Positions 14,801-25,950 of a DNA stretch of 64,000 nt are shown here, piece by piece; the first letter of the stretch is position 1; every line of letters starts with the position of its first letter. The translations under genes were made by a program, and so were the position numbers. This stretch comes from Acanthaster planci. Taxonomy: Eukaryota. The notes below the pieces were generated by a model, which saw only the letters and a list, made by a program, of their open reading frames with translations, did no database searches and was not told the DNA's origin. The DNA lies in NCBI RefSeq assembly GCF_001949145.1, contig NW_019091355.1:5526517-5590516 (forward strand), written 5' to 3'.

Positions 14801-16868
14801 GGGCAGATTCCGCCCTGGAGAGATCCCACCTACTTTACGGCGGCTCGAGCCTCCCAGACTTGCCAAGGTTCAATGTACGCTTTACCTCAACCCGGTCCCG
14901 AGCTTCATAATTTTCTTTGCCCAGCTAAATGGTTTTTGTCTATGATTTCTTGCAAATGGAATTATATCCGGAGACTCATTAGGAGTGGATTGAATCAAAG
15001 TGTACCGATATTAGACGAAAGGCCATGCATATTGGATCTGAAAAATTCTTCTCGTTTCTTTTTCATCTACATGTATGTCTTCAGTCAAGGCCGAACAATA
15101 TCCTTGTAATGTCTCAGTCCAACTTAATTTCATTTATCCGATTGAAATATCTAGCACTTTAAACCAGTTAGAATTAAGTATCCCGTAGATAGAAAATAGG
15201 CTGCTCGAATTATAAATACAGTTTTTTATGCTGAAAGGAAAAAAATCTTGTAGGCCATATGTTCTACCCTGATGAAACAGATACTGCACATTGTATAGCA
15301 AATAAAAATATTCACCAGTACATGTGGTGCGCAGTGGAGAATGTCGCAACAAAACTTGGATGAAAACCTTGTTCTCAGGTATTGTGCGTCGCTCACTTTG
15401 AGAAAATTCTTGGGTGCTAAATTCGATCTTCCATCCGAAACAAAAAGAAATAGATGGTGCACCACTTACTTACTTGTTTCGGAGCAATTAATTTTTAAGG
15501 GTTCAAAAATCAAAAATATAGTGAACGAGGCTGAATGCTTTAAATCCCCCAATTTTAGATTCGAAATTTCGGATATTGTTTTGTTCAGCTAGCATGTTCG
15601 AATGCCTGCTTGGAACGTGCGCATGAACGCGTGGGAACTCAACGTGTGGAGATAATTTTTTAATCAAGAATCCAGTCATAAAAAATGTAAGAATGCTATG
15701 CCCTGTCATAAAAATAATAATGTAGTCTTTTTATTTGACCTATTAATTAAAATATTCCCCAAACACGGCTATGGCCTAAAAGGAAGTACATGTATTAAGA
15801 ACCAGATAGATAAACATTTAGAGTGGAATTGTCTTTGACAACGAAAAAAATACAACCAGAAGCAGGAATTATGCATGATGCTGAGAATTTTATGACCGGC
15901 ACCGCACAACATGGATCCAAGTTACGGTCCATGCTTACTTACTCTGAATGGAATGGACAGTGCAGATGCGATATATCAGTTGAAGTCATTCCTGTTGGGT
16001 GCATTATTATTCTCGTTTCGATTTATTTTCACCAATAGAGCTGTCAGCTGGTCAGATTCAGTGACATTTTCCGTAACTGTACGAAACGATTATATGTCAT
16101 TTGGGGTTCTACATGCAGAGTATATGCAACTTATCCAAAAATGATTGGTTTGTGAATACTTTCAGAGCAGTGAGTGTACATGTAAATGAAGATAGATTTC
16201 AAACAAAAAACGGAAGAACCTTACGCAAAGTTCAACAATGGTGAGACAAGCCAGTCGTAATGAATGTGTCATCGGTGAGGAATATCTGTTTGAAGTGGAC
16301 GAGGCAGACAGGTCATGTTTATAAAAAAACAGTGGTGCATGAAACGATACATCGTTCATTGAATGAATCAATCATCCCAGAGATATTTTTCAAAGCCTGT
16401 CCAAAACTTAATTGGTCTTGGATCCGCGCCTTCTTTTGTCAAGATTCAAGGCAATGTAGCCAAACCGATCTCAATTAAAACAGTAACAAAAGTTCTATCA
16501 ACTTGTCAACGCTCATTTGCGGGTAAAAACAAAAACGTCGAAGGAAAGATAGTTTCAACAGATGTGACAAGAATTATTTGTACTGTAGTTGTATTTCCAA
16601 GACCTGAAAGTGTGGATATCGAGTGCTTGCAGGTGTAATTTATCAAATGATTTCCGAGTGCTGAACTGCCTCACAAGCGACATCTGACTTCTACAGGGAT
16701 ATTAATAGATCTTGTTGCCGGCCTCCGCTAACGACACACAAACCACTCTTCCTGTGAACGCTGAAGCTGCACGCCAAGATAAATACTCATTGGAGAATGG
16801 ACCGGTTACTTATCTCCAGATGCCAATCAGAAGCAATCGTCACAAACAGCAGTGAAGAAAAAACTTAT

Positions 16869-16897
16869 CATAATAATAATAATAATTATTATTATTA
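16869..16897. repeat. (TAA)n / (TTA)n AT-rich microsatellite
   Basis: cataataataataataattatttattatta. Confidence 0.7.
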
Positions 16898-18191
16898 AAA
16901 TACTGTAACACCTGCTCTCATGCTTTTTGAACAGTTCTGTTTTGTCCGTGGTGGAAGTACATAAAAAATTATACAATATGCAGCGTCATTATTCTGAATG
17001 GTCTTTGCTGATGTACAATACATGTTTAAACTGATGGCGTTTGTTAATCAAATCTGTTTCGAACCGACTTGCATTCTTACGAATTTGGTGAGAACTACGC
17101 CTCTTACCAAGAACAAATCTGTATTTACATTCAACTTGTGGAAGTTAGAGTTCAGTAGGGTCCGTGATGGACTAAATTTGCCCACGATTGACGATATTAT
17201 CGGGTGCAAAACATACGGAAGGTCTTCCAGAAAAGAGCGTGAACAATAGAGAGTAAAAGTATAGCCTAGGCCACGAGTTCAGGTTTTCGCGAAGATGTGC
17301 GTGTTTTGGGTGGTTGAGATGCGCTTATTAGATGAATTAGGTTTGGTTTTAATTGAGCAGTTGTTATTCAGTTGTGTTCTACTGTCTGTGATGCATCGTT
17401 TTACAAACATCTCATATGACTGAGGGAGAACAGGGAAACATTCAGAGCAGGAGGCGTGGGACAAGCCAGACCAATAAAACTGTGCCAGGCAGATGCTGTC
17501 TCTCAACTGAGAAAGCCTAACGAAACCAGTCTATATTTTCCTGCCTGGACCGAGTGCATCTCTGCATATTCTATATAAGCTATACATGTTGTATTTGAGC
17601 CACTTATGGCTGTTCTGTGTCCCCTTAACCCCCTGTTCGCTCGAGAGATGTCAGGGCGGATTAAACCGTGGTCGGTTGCAAGTCCAATCGGTTTTGATAA
17701 GTTTAATCCGTTATCAAATTAGAGCTCACACCATCGTCCCGCCTTGACCTCCCACACAGCTCCACGTTTTGAAAAACTCTGTCACTGCCCAAGAATGACT
17801 CGACCGTGAGGTCATTTTCTTCGCCGGATCTTAATCCCATCGATGACATCATTTATTTACACAAACAGCGCCCCCTATGTAATTCGGCGCGTTCCTGGGA
17901 TGATGTTAATTCAGTTACGTGCATAAAATATCCGCAAGCAGTGTCGCGTGTTAGTTTTGTAATTGTTCATAGAATCTGTATAATGCATGAACATGTTGTA
18001 ATGCGAACTTTCTACGCACCATACTACTTCTGTCTACAGGGGACTGACGATCTGATGCTCTAAAGCTGTTGTAACATTGTTGAACGCTATGTTGGAGACA
18101 GTCATACAAGGTGTAAAAAAAAAACCCGATCTGTTCACTTGTTCAACATACGGTCTTTCCGTGCCGCATAATTATGGCGTAGATGCACCGC

Positions 18192-18463
18192 TGCCATTGT
18201 ATTTTGGCACGCATATCACAAAGTGGTCTGTTTAATTAGATGTGCATTGCGAGCGGCAAACGGATGTATTTCACCTAGAACCCTTTTATTACCATGTCGA
18301 TGTTGAAGGAACCAAAGTGAGGAACCATGCCATTGTATTTTGGCACGCATATCACAAAGTGGTCTGTTTAATTAGATGTGCATTGCGAGCGGCAAACGGA
18401 TGTATTTCACCTAGAACCCTTTTATTACCATGTCGATGTTGAAGGAACCAAAGTGAGGAACCA
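18192..18463. repeat. Perfect head-to-tail tandem duplication, 2 x 136 bp
   Basis: 18192-18327 is identical to 18328-18463 (tgccattgtattttggcacg...caaagtgaggaacca), with TG microhomology at the junction. Confidence 0.95.
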
Positions 18464-18570
18464 TGTAATTTAACGATCGAATGCAGCTCACCGAAAGGTA
18501 CACACACACACACATTTGCTGACAGTGATACGGTTTTATACAATAGCCAGTCTCCATGCAATTAGAAAAG

Positions 18571-19520
18571 TTCAAGGCCTTTGATACTGTAAATCATGAC
18601 ATCCTTCTTTAATAAACTTGACCATTTAGGTGTACGAGGGTTGACCTTGGATTGGTTCAGGAGTTATTTATCAAATAGAAAGCAGTTTGTTTCATACGAT
18701 TCTCATCAATCTTGAGAGCAAACTATCGAGTTCCCCGAGATAGAACCATTATTATTCCACAGTTTCTCTCATATTTGATGGCACTGTCCGTAAACAGGTC
18801 AAAATTATTAAATTCCTTGGCCTTTACATAGATGACAATCTCTCTTGGAATAACCACATTGAAGTTAAATGCAGTGAAATCTTCAAAAATGTTGGGGGTC
18901 ATAAATCGTGTGAAATATAATTATTTTTACCCGATTCTGTTCTGTTGACGTTGTATGACTCTCTTATTCTTCCATATCTAAACTAAGGCTGCATCCAAAT
19001 CTGTTGTCTAGAGCTAGGTCTAGGTCTTCGCTCCATTAGAAATATGTGGAGACGCATAGACAATAGACCTAGCCTAAGGCTTAATTTCATTTGGAGCGTT
19101 GTCAGCCGCGCATGGCCTTAATTAACAAACTCGCTGCTTTGCAGAAGAAAGCTGTTTATTTTGTTAGCAATGCAGCTTACCTTGATCATACTACTCCATT
19201 TGGTTGACTAAATATCTGAAAACTGCATAATCTTTATCATCTCCACCCGGGCGTATTTATGTTTAAATATGTTCACAACATACTCCCACAAGTGTTTGAT
19301 GATCTATTTTCATTTACAGCCTTTGTTCATTCACACGGGACACATCGTTCATTAAGAGGTGATCTTTCTGTGAAACAAAACAGAACACCATTTTTCAGAA
19401 ACAGTCCATTTCAGTGTGGTGTTAGATATGGGAATGAACTTGATGTTAAACTTAAAGAGTGTAATACTGTGGTTTCCTTTGCTACAAACTGAAGAAAACA
19501 ATGATTACATCTTATTCTGA
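18571..19520 (+). mobile_element. Decayed, 5'-truncated non-LTR retrotransposon (CR1/L2-type LINE) ORF2 RT to C-terminal fragment
   Basis: Translated pieces separated by frameshifts and stops: KAFDTVNHDILL / NKLDHLGVRGLTLDWFRSYLSNRKQFVSY, a remnant of GVPQG..PLLF, KFLGLYIDDNLSWNNHI, LPDSVLLTLYDSLILPYLN, LINKLAALQKKAV, and MFKYVHNILPQVFDDLF..VHSHGT. The catalytic YADD segment appears deleted. Confidence 0.9.
18987..19097. mobile_element. Short palindromic insertion (MITE-like) interrupting the LINE
   Basis: The LINE reading frame breaks after PYLN and resumes about 110 bp later. The insert has nested inverted repeats TCCAAAT (18994-19000) / ATTTGGA (19089-19095) and CTAGGTCTA (19014-19022) / TAGACCTAG (19064-19072). 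Ends are approximate. Confidence 0.5.
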
Positions 19521-22363
19521 GAGTGAAATGTAATCCTTCTACAACCTATCGGGTCTCCTCGCTGTTTTCCTGTCCGTATGCCCATTACTTGTTTTAAGTC
19601 TTGTGTTGTCTAAGGGAAAGGTACAAAGGCGTTGCTTCACCATTTTCCAAAAGAAGTGCACAAAGGAACCAGTCCATTCCAGAGATGGTGGTTGCTATGC
19701 AAAGCTTGCCCCGAATCACGAGGTATAGCAACAGTGTCTTTAGTCTGGGGAATTCAAATTGGTACGTTTCTATGCACTCGGATAACACACTGTATCAGAA
19801 TTTATTCAAATTTAACTCGCAAGTGGCTTTTTGGAATCAGTCGTCCAACTGACCTGTGAAACCTGCTTTAGCTATATCCAGTTTGGTTGCCTTGCATACC
19901 TTTCAGTCTCTTCAGTGGGTGTTTCTAATCTTGTCTTGCGCGAGCCAACTCCCCCCCCCCAAGAAAAAAGAACGAGAATACCCACTTTATTTTGTCCAAA
20001 TCGAGTCTCCGTGTCTGTGGCTCTATTTCTTGGTTGCTGTGTCACGGTGTGTACATGTAAAACGTGTGAAAGCGGCAGCGTAGGTGTGCATGTACCTTTT
20101 GAATTTTACAACCCCCCCCAACGGCATTCTTTATATCTATTTTGCAAGTTACTTTGCTTTGAAAGCTATTTCAAAGTCAATTTGGGCGAGCGTGCCTGAA
20201 TAAAACACTGTGCAAACTAACAGCAGAGAATGAAGCTAATGTGATCTGATTTTCTTGCTTTAAGCGTGTAGGCCGGTCAGAAGAATCCTGCACTAAGTTC
20301 CGAGTAGGGCGATGCGTCACCAACTGCATGCAAGTGAAAAGCGTAACCTGCACTTTGTCAAGACTCGCCAACTCCTTTTTTCATCACACAAAGTTGACAC
20401 CTAAATTTCCACGGAAGCTGGCAATCTGTGTGCTACAGCTGTCACGGCTGTGGTTGGAGACATATTTGTCATAGGGCCTGTATGTTTTGACCCACTCTGA
20501 TTCGCGTGAACCGAACACAGTGCAGGCAGAAGACATAATGTAGGCCTACATGTATTTGATGCCACTAAACCAGACACCAATCCAGATATTTCAGGCTGAT
20601 GAACCAGTCGTTACAAGGATCCCATTACAGCGCAAACATCGGCTGCTTTCCTGATAATGAATCTTTTTCGACAGGAAAACAAAAGAAATTCCGTTGTTAC
20701 ATGTGTAGCGGGCTGGCCGAAAAAAAATGACTCCAGAGACTTCTTCCAAAGGCAAGATCGTTTTGCTGAAGCGCAATGAAATACTTGAATAAGGAAAACT
20801 GGTTCAGCGAATAAGTTTGGTGTTTATGATTCATCAAACGTTTACAATGAAATAATAGACTCACAATCTCAAATCCTGTAACCTTTTCAATTGTTTTAAT
20901 GATAAAATAACATACACTCGGAGTATGTACAACTGCAATGATACCTAACAAAAATGAAATCCGATTTCGGAAAACAATATTCCTAACTTGGCAAAAAGAA
21001 CGAAATAGACGAGTACTTGACGAAAAGCTTTAAAAAAATCAACATTGTGAACATCGATAAAAGTTTCTTCCCCCTAAAGAGAACGTGCTATCCAACACGT
21101 AGTTCACAAACGTACTGAACCGTTTTAACAATGAGCAGCTACCCCCCCCCCCAATAGGCAATTTTTCTTTCCGTCCGTTGCAAAAAATACATCTCGACAT
21201 TACAATGAAATTGGCTCTCCCGTGGATGCTGACTGGCAGAGAATTATAAATTGCTAACGGTGAATATGAACGGATACCATAAATCATCGGGGGGTCTGGA
21301 AGCGCGCCTTATCACTGCATCGGACAGCGTGTAATTTATAAGCGACTCGACAACCCCGCGATGATAGATTGTATACTAGTAGCACCTCGGGTCCACCCCG
21401 GTCCTATCAAGTGCGCCATTCCTACAAACCAGCGGAAGATTTGGGGTCGGGTACTTTCTCTGTTTTCCTTTCGGGTGCACTAGTCAACATGTTGAAAACT
21501 GTGGAAATGAAGGGACTCAACAACTGAACGGGCAGCGTATAAGAATCGAGATAAACACGATTATTGATGGGGAAAATATGATGACTAAGGTTGCTGACAA
21601 GTGTGTGCTATCACCCCTCGCATTGCTCGAGTTGTTAGAATCTTCATGTGAGGAAATACATGTTGTGTGTATATGCATGTAGTGGTCCGATAGCGCACTG
21701 AGGGAACACATCACCACTCGACAATGTCACAAGTAACACTAACCAAGAATTTACAAAGAGATTAAGAGAACAGATTCTCCTCCGTTAAAATCACATGCTG
21801 GTATGGTTTGAATTTGGAGTATAATGAACAACAGATAACGATTGGCAAATCGAACCCCAAACCATGAAGGCCAAATTCTATGACAGTACAATTATTATGC
21901 CTTAGCGATTTCATTATTTAGAGACAACACTTTCATATTGTTTTCTTGTTTAACTTCGTAGATGAACCATTTCATCAGCCATCTCCCAAATTTGCACATC
22001 TTCCATAAGGAATGGCATGTTTTTTCTTTATGCACAAACCGATCAAACTGAAATACATGTATAGCTGTCTCGTGATTCATAGGTACATTTTTGACAAATA
22101 CAATCATTCTTTGAATACGTATTTGAAATTTACAAATGAACGCTATACAATATTAACTTTATGGTAGAAAATATATACACAAACTTGTATATCAACTGTG
22201 TCAACTACCCGATGACCATCAGCTTCACATTGTACTGTAGACCATGGTGACACATGTACCTTTACAGAGTCAATTTAGTGGCAAAGGGAAACACAAGTGG
22301 CTTGCTTTTAAACCCGAGAAGTGAGTTGGATGTAAGTTTGAGAATCACTGATCGCTAGTGTTC

Positions 22364-23728
22364 TTAGTGTGGAAGTCCGGCTGTTGCGAATCTAGACTTG
22401 ATGTCGTGGAGGGGGTACGGTGAATAATACGCACCCGTCGGTAGGCCGGGGAGTGCCGCGATCGGTGACGGGGTCTTGGAGTACGGATGATAACGAATGG
22501 CACCAACTGGACTCAGCGGAGTAGGGAAGCCTGGCTTGGGAAGTCCAAACGAAGCAGCGGCGGCAGCGGCGGCAGCTGCCGTGGGATATTGCATATAGTA
22601 GGCGCTCAGCTGAGCACCAAGCGTCGCACTAAGAGCCGACGATGTGGGGACTTCGCTGTTGGTCATGGTGTGCGTACGCAGATGCTGCAATAGCTCCTCA
22701 CTGCTGGCAAACCGCTTACCACAACTGGTCGCCCCTGAGACCCAGTTACAGACGTGTCCGTGTTCTTGCGAGGTGGTGGTGATGGAGTGGGGGTACAGGT
22801 AGGGTGTCTGGTGGACACTGGATGCTACACTGCTGCTGAGGTAGGGGGACATACTCCCCGGGAGCGGTAGAGCGATCGGAAGGGGAGTATTCAAAGCGAA
22901 AGTGTCATGTCTACATTGTGTGCACCCGGATGGAGTGCCTGTCTGGTAGTGTTGGGCACTCTGGCAGTTTGTGCAATACGGGTCCCGGCAGATGGGCATG
23001 AGGGTGGTTCCTCCGTCCGCTGTCTTGACCCTGGCGTAGGCGGTATAGGGGGAAGCAGTGGCCGCCAGAAGGGGGTTCACATCGTGCTTAAGGGGGTGGA
23101 CACTCACGGGGTCACGGGCCGCGACAGCAGGGTCGGGGTAGTACGGCATGTGACCTACAACCTGGGAGGGACACCCGCAGTGACCGGCGTGTGATGGGGT
23201 GAGGAGACCGTGCTTGTAATGTCCCGGGTAGCTGGAATGGTGAAGATGAGAGGGCGCAACTTGGGCTGCCTGGACGGGCGCGGTCGGCTTGGTGACGGTC
23301 ACTGTGTCTTTGTGGCTGCCATCGCTCAACGAGGAATGGCCGGATTGGCTGGTGCTGGCATCGATACTCCCCGGGGTGGACGTGGGTGTGGTGGCCGGCT
23401 CCGTCTTGGCCTTCAGTGGTGGGGAGCGCGGGGAGTTGGAGGATGGCGGCGACTTTGCCTCCCTCTTCTCCTTCCCGTAGCCGATCTTGATGACCTGGGC
23501 GTCCCCCTCGCGCTTCTCGGGCTGCTTGTAGGGCTTGAACCCCGAGCTGGACTCTGGCAGACCGGCGGCCGTGGATGCCTTCTCTGGCGAGTGTTTACCA
23601 GAGGGTGAGTGGCGACCGATGGGGGTTGCTGCTGGCTTGGCATCATTGCTGCTGGGTGGTGGGTCTGGCTTGCCGATGCTGCTACACGTCTGAGCAAGCA
23701 ATGCCAGGGGACTCTTCTTTGCGTCCAG
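22364..23728 (-). CDS. ZNF503/ZNF703 (noc/elB): NET-family (Noc/Elbow/Tlp-1; ZNF503/ZNF703-like) zinc-finger transcriptional repressor, coding exon 2 (last; phase 0 start, ends at TAA)
   Basis: The translation carries all NET hallmarks in order: Sp motif LDAKKSPLALLAQTCSSIG, Groucho-binding FKPY, buttonhead box CRDPYCTNC (22990-22964), single C2H2 finger CNWVSGATSCGKRFASSEELLQHLRTH (22750-22668), poly-Ala x9, and C-terminal RYHPY and YYSPY motifs. The exon starts at a pyrimidine-rich acceptor tcttttcttccttattttcatatctccag|CTG GAC GCA, 27 nt upstream of the ORF-track start. Confidence 0.96.
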   Translation of the reverse strand: MDAKKSPLALLAQTCSSIGKPDPPPSSNDAKPAATPIGRHSPSGKHSPEKASTAAGLPESSSGFKPYKQPEKREGDAQVIKIGYGKEKREAKSPPSSNSPRSPPLKAKTEPATTPTSTPGSIDASTSQSGHSSLSDGSHKDTVTVTKPTAPVQAAQVAPSHLHHSSYPGHYKHGLLTPSHAGHCGCPSQVVGHMPYYPDPAVAARDPVSVHPLKHDVNPLLAATASPYTAYARVKTADGGTTLMPICRDPYCTNCQSAQHYQTGTPSGCTQCRHDTFALNTPLPIALPLPGSMSPYLSSSVASSVHQTPYLYPHSITTTSQEHGHVCNWVSGATSCGKRFASSEELLQHLRTHTMTNSEVPTSSALSATLGAQLSAYYMQYPTAAAAAAAAASFGLPKPGFPTPLSPVGAIRYHPYSKTPSPIAALPGLPTGAYYSPYPLHDIKSRFATAGLPH

Positions 23729-24893
23729 CTGGAGATATGAAAATAAGGAAGAAAAGATTTAGTCTCACTTATGTTTTTCAATCAGTTTTCTAGAGCCAAA
23801 TCACAAAAGAGATAGAAAAACATATTAATTGTCAAAGGCATTTCACTTTGAATTGTCTCGTTTGAGGGTAATCATCCGAAATACTATCACACTTTCAAAA
23901 AAGAAATAAAAAGACATTTGACATTGACAATTCAATCATACAGAATAACATAGGTTATTTTGAATACACGTACAATCTATCAGAGAAGTAAATCCGAACA
24001 TTCTGAATCGCTTAAAATATTCTCCCTCCATTCACATCCCCCACCCGTTCACGTTTTGAAGAAACCGTTTAATCAATACATAATAAGCACAGTTACAGGT
24101 CTGGCGCCCCTGTGATTTTGCATGGAAACACAATAAAGTACGGAAGTAGAACGCGCATCCGGAGGAACACAAGACGGGAGCGCAGGCGGGTGATCGCGGC
24201 AGGTATAGCCCAAGCCGCTGCTGGTCGGAACAGCAACAGTGACATTTCGAAGAGCCAGTTCTATCTTTTAATTAGAGATCAAAAATTCCTGCGTTAACAA
24301 TCCCACGGTATCTCTGAAAATCAGGACAAAGTGGCAAGCAGTCAGTCTGATTTGTCGCGGATGAAAACACCACTTCCACCACACAGACAGACGAGTTAGA
24401 ACACACGAGTTTCATGTCAGGGCAACAAACAAAGGAAGCATATGACAAATACTTAGTTCTCTCAAGGGGCGGCTCAATAATGAACTTCACTATATTCGCG
24501 TTGGAGCCTGCAGGGTTGATGTAAACAAACGACATCTAACATCTGGTCGTTTGAATTTGAAAGTTTAAAAGGCATGTGCCATGTGATTGTGCCCGTATCG
24601 TGGCACAGCTTTACAACCTTCCGTGTTTTAATACCTTATTATGCAGTACATAAGTCGTATTAGCGCTTAAGTTCCAAGTGTTGGCGATTGTGACACGGCC
24701 AAAAGACGTGTTCAGCATAAACGAGACGCTTATGATTTAACTGCAATTTACTGGTCTTGAGAATTTAGAAGATGGTGTCGATTGTCGAGCGAGTTAAATG
24801 CTTTCAACTCGTAACAGTTGCGAGGAATAAGGAACAAATAAATTTTTCCATTAAGGTAGAGAGTTGTAAGTGGATCAGATAGACAGTACATAC
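23729..24893 (-). other. GT-AG intron (1165 bp, phase 0) of the NET gene
   Basis: On the minus strand, GT at 24893-24892 and AG at 23730-23729. Splicing restores the conserved EYLQPL...LDAKKSPL block. Confidence 0.9.
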
Positions 24894-24959
24894 CGTTGTG
24901 GGCAAAGGGTCCAGAGGCTGCAGATATTCCGTATGCATAAGTGGTCTCGAAGCTAACAT
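24894..24959 (-). CDS. ZNF503/ZNF703 (noc/elB): NET-family gene coding exon 1 (MLASRPLMHTEYLQPLDPLPTT)
   Basis: Contains EYLQPL, which in NET proteins precedes LDAKKSPL. The ATG is in good context (accaacATG) and the exon ends at the donor ACG|gtatgt in phase 0, matching exon 2. A further in-frame ATG at 25106 could extend the N-terminus. Confidence 0.9.
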
Positions 24960-25254
24960 GTTGGTCGAGTAATAACCCAACGTACATGTACACTGTGCTG
25001 ACGATAACAGGACTACGGCAACAGCAGTATCCCACACGATGCGAGTTCTATCACTGTCGAGTTCAGAATGACGAAGCGCTGGCAGGCTGCAGGCGATCAA
25101 ACACATTCATTGCTGCATCGTGAGTGGCTTGAAAACCGCACAAGCTTGCCCGGTCTGTGTGTGCCGCCCCTCTAGACAACACACAAAAACACAAATTTGC
25201 CGACAACACTTCAAGTCAAACATTGAATTTACAACCCGAGATGAAGGGAATGTA

Positions 25255-25385
25255 CCGCCAGCCAATCGCGTGGGCAGCCGGCTCTGGGTGGGAGTGCTGA
25301 TTGGTGAAGCTGCGCGACTAGCTGTCACCGGCTCAGAATGATTGATACCCGATAGTGTCATTTGAGAATAGCCAGCCAATCACCG
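25255..25385 (-). promoter_or_regulatory. Probable proximal promoter of the NET gene (three CCAAT boxes)
   Basis: GCCAATC with CCAAT at 25262-25266, GATTGG with ATTGG at 25300-25304, and AGCCAATC with CCAAT at 25376-25380. These lie in a GC-rich stretch 300-420 bp upstream of the start codon. The TSS is not determined. Confidence 0.55.
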
Positions 25386-25769
25386 CGCTCGATCTAAATG
25401 CTCTTTGGCGTACAGCCAGTCGTGCGCGCTAGACTGTAATCAATCAACTTAGTGTCAGACTTGTCAATTTTGTCTGATTTATGTCAGCTTTTTGTTGTTG
25501 ATAACGTGGCTCGAGTAATTTGAAAAACGGCTTTTGAAAAGGGCAATGATTCTGGGAGATAAATCGTTCCAATAATCGCAATTACTGTGTGACAACAAAG
25601 CGTCCCGCGCCGAAGCTGAATGGCACAACGAGTCTGTTCCCAGCCATCGACGGGGTAACTACGTTTGCTTGGACACGTTTTGTGAAGGCCAGGCTGTTTT
25701 TTTTTCTGTCCCTTCGTCCGGGGTTTGTTGAGTGGGGACCAAAGGGGGCATTGACTGGGCCTAGGCGGT

Positions 25770-25950
25770 AGACTTCAAAGGCCCAGACTCCGCGAGGAGA
25801 TTTTTTTTCTTATCCCTTATCAATCAATCAATGGGTGAGCGAGCTGGGGTGTTCGCCGGGCGATCCAGATTGACACTTGGAAGGCGCGAGTGACAGGCCC
25901 GCTGACAGATAATGGGGCAACGTCGGCAGTCATCAAAGCATGTCAGGCGG
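25770..25950. promoter_or_regulatory. Candidate enhancer: TCF/LEF + Meis/TALE + Pbx motif cluster
   Basis: CTTCAAAG 25773-25780, ATCAATCAATCAA 25819-25831, GATTGACA 25868-25875, TGACAG 25891-25896 and 25903-25908, CATCAAAG 25931-25938, TGTCA 25941-25945. Motif evidence only. Confidence 0.5.

Noticed and set aside
18192..18463. Direct repeats considered as a CRISPR-like array
   Set aside because: These are two abutting 136-bp units with no spacers in eukaryotic DNA, with no cas genes.
19980..22363. Poly(A) site of the NET gene
   Set aside because: I could not identify a convincing AATAAA close to the stop, so the 3' UTR end is left uncalled.
22487..23793. Several ORFs on the + strand and in alternative frames over NET exon 2 (e.g. 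23210-23608, 23413-23781)
   Set aside because: These are shadow ORFs from the GC-rich coding exon and show no recognisable protein features.
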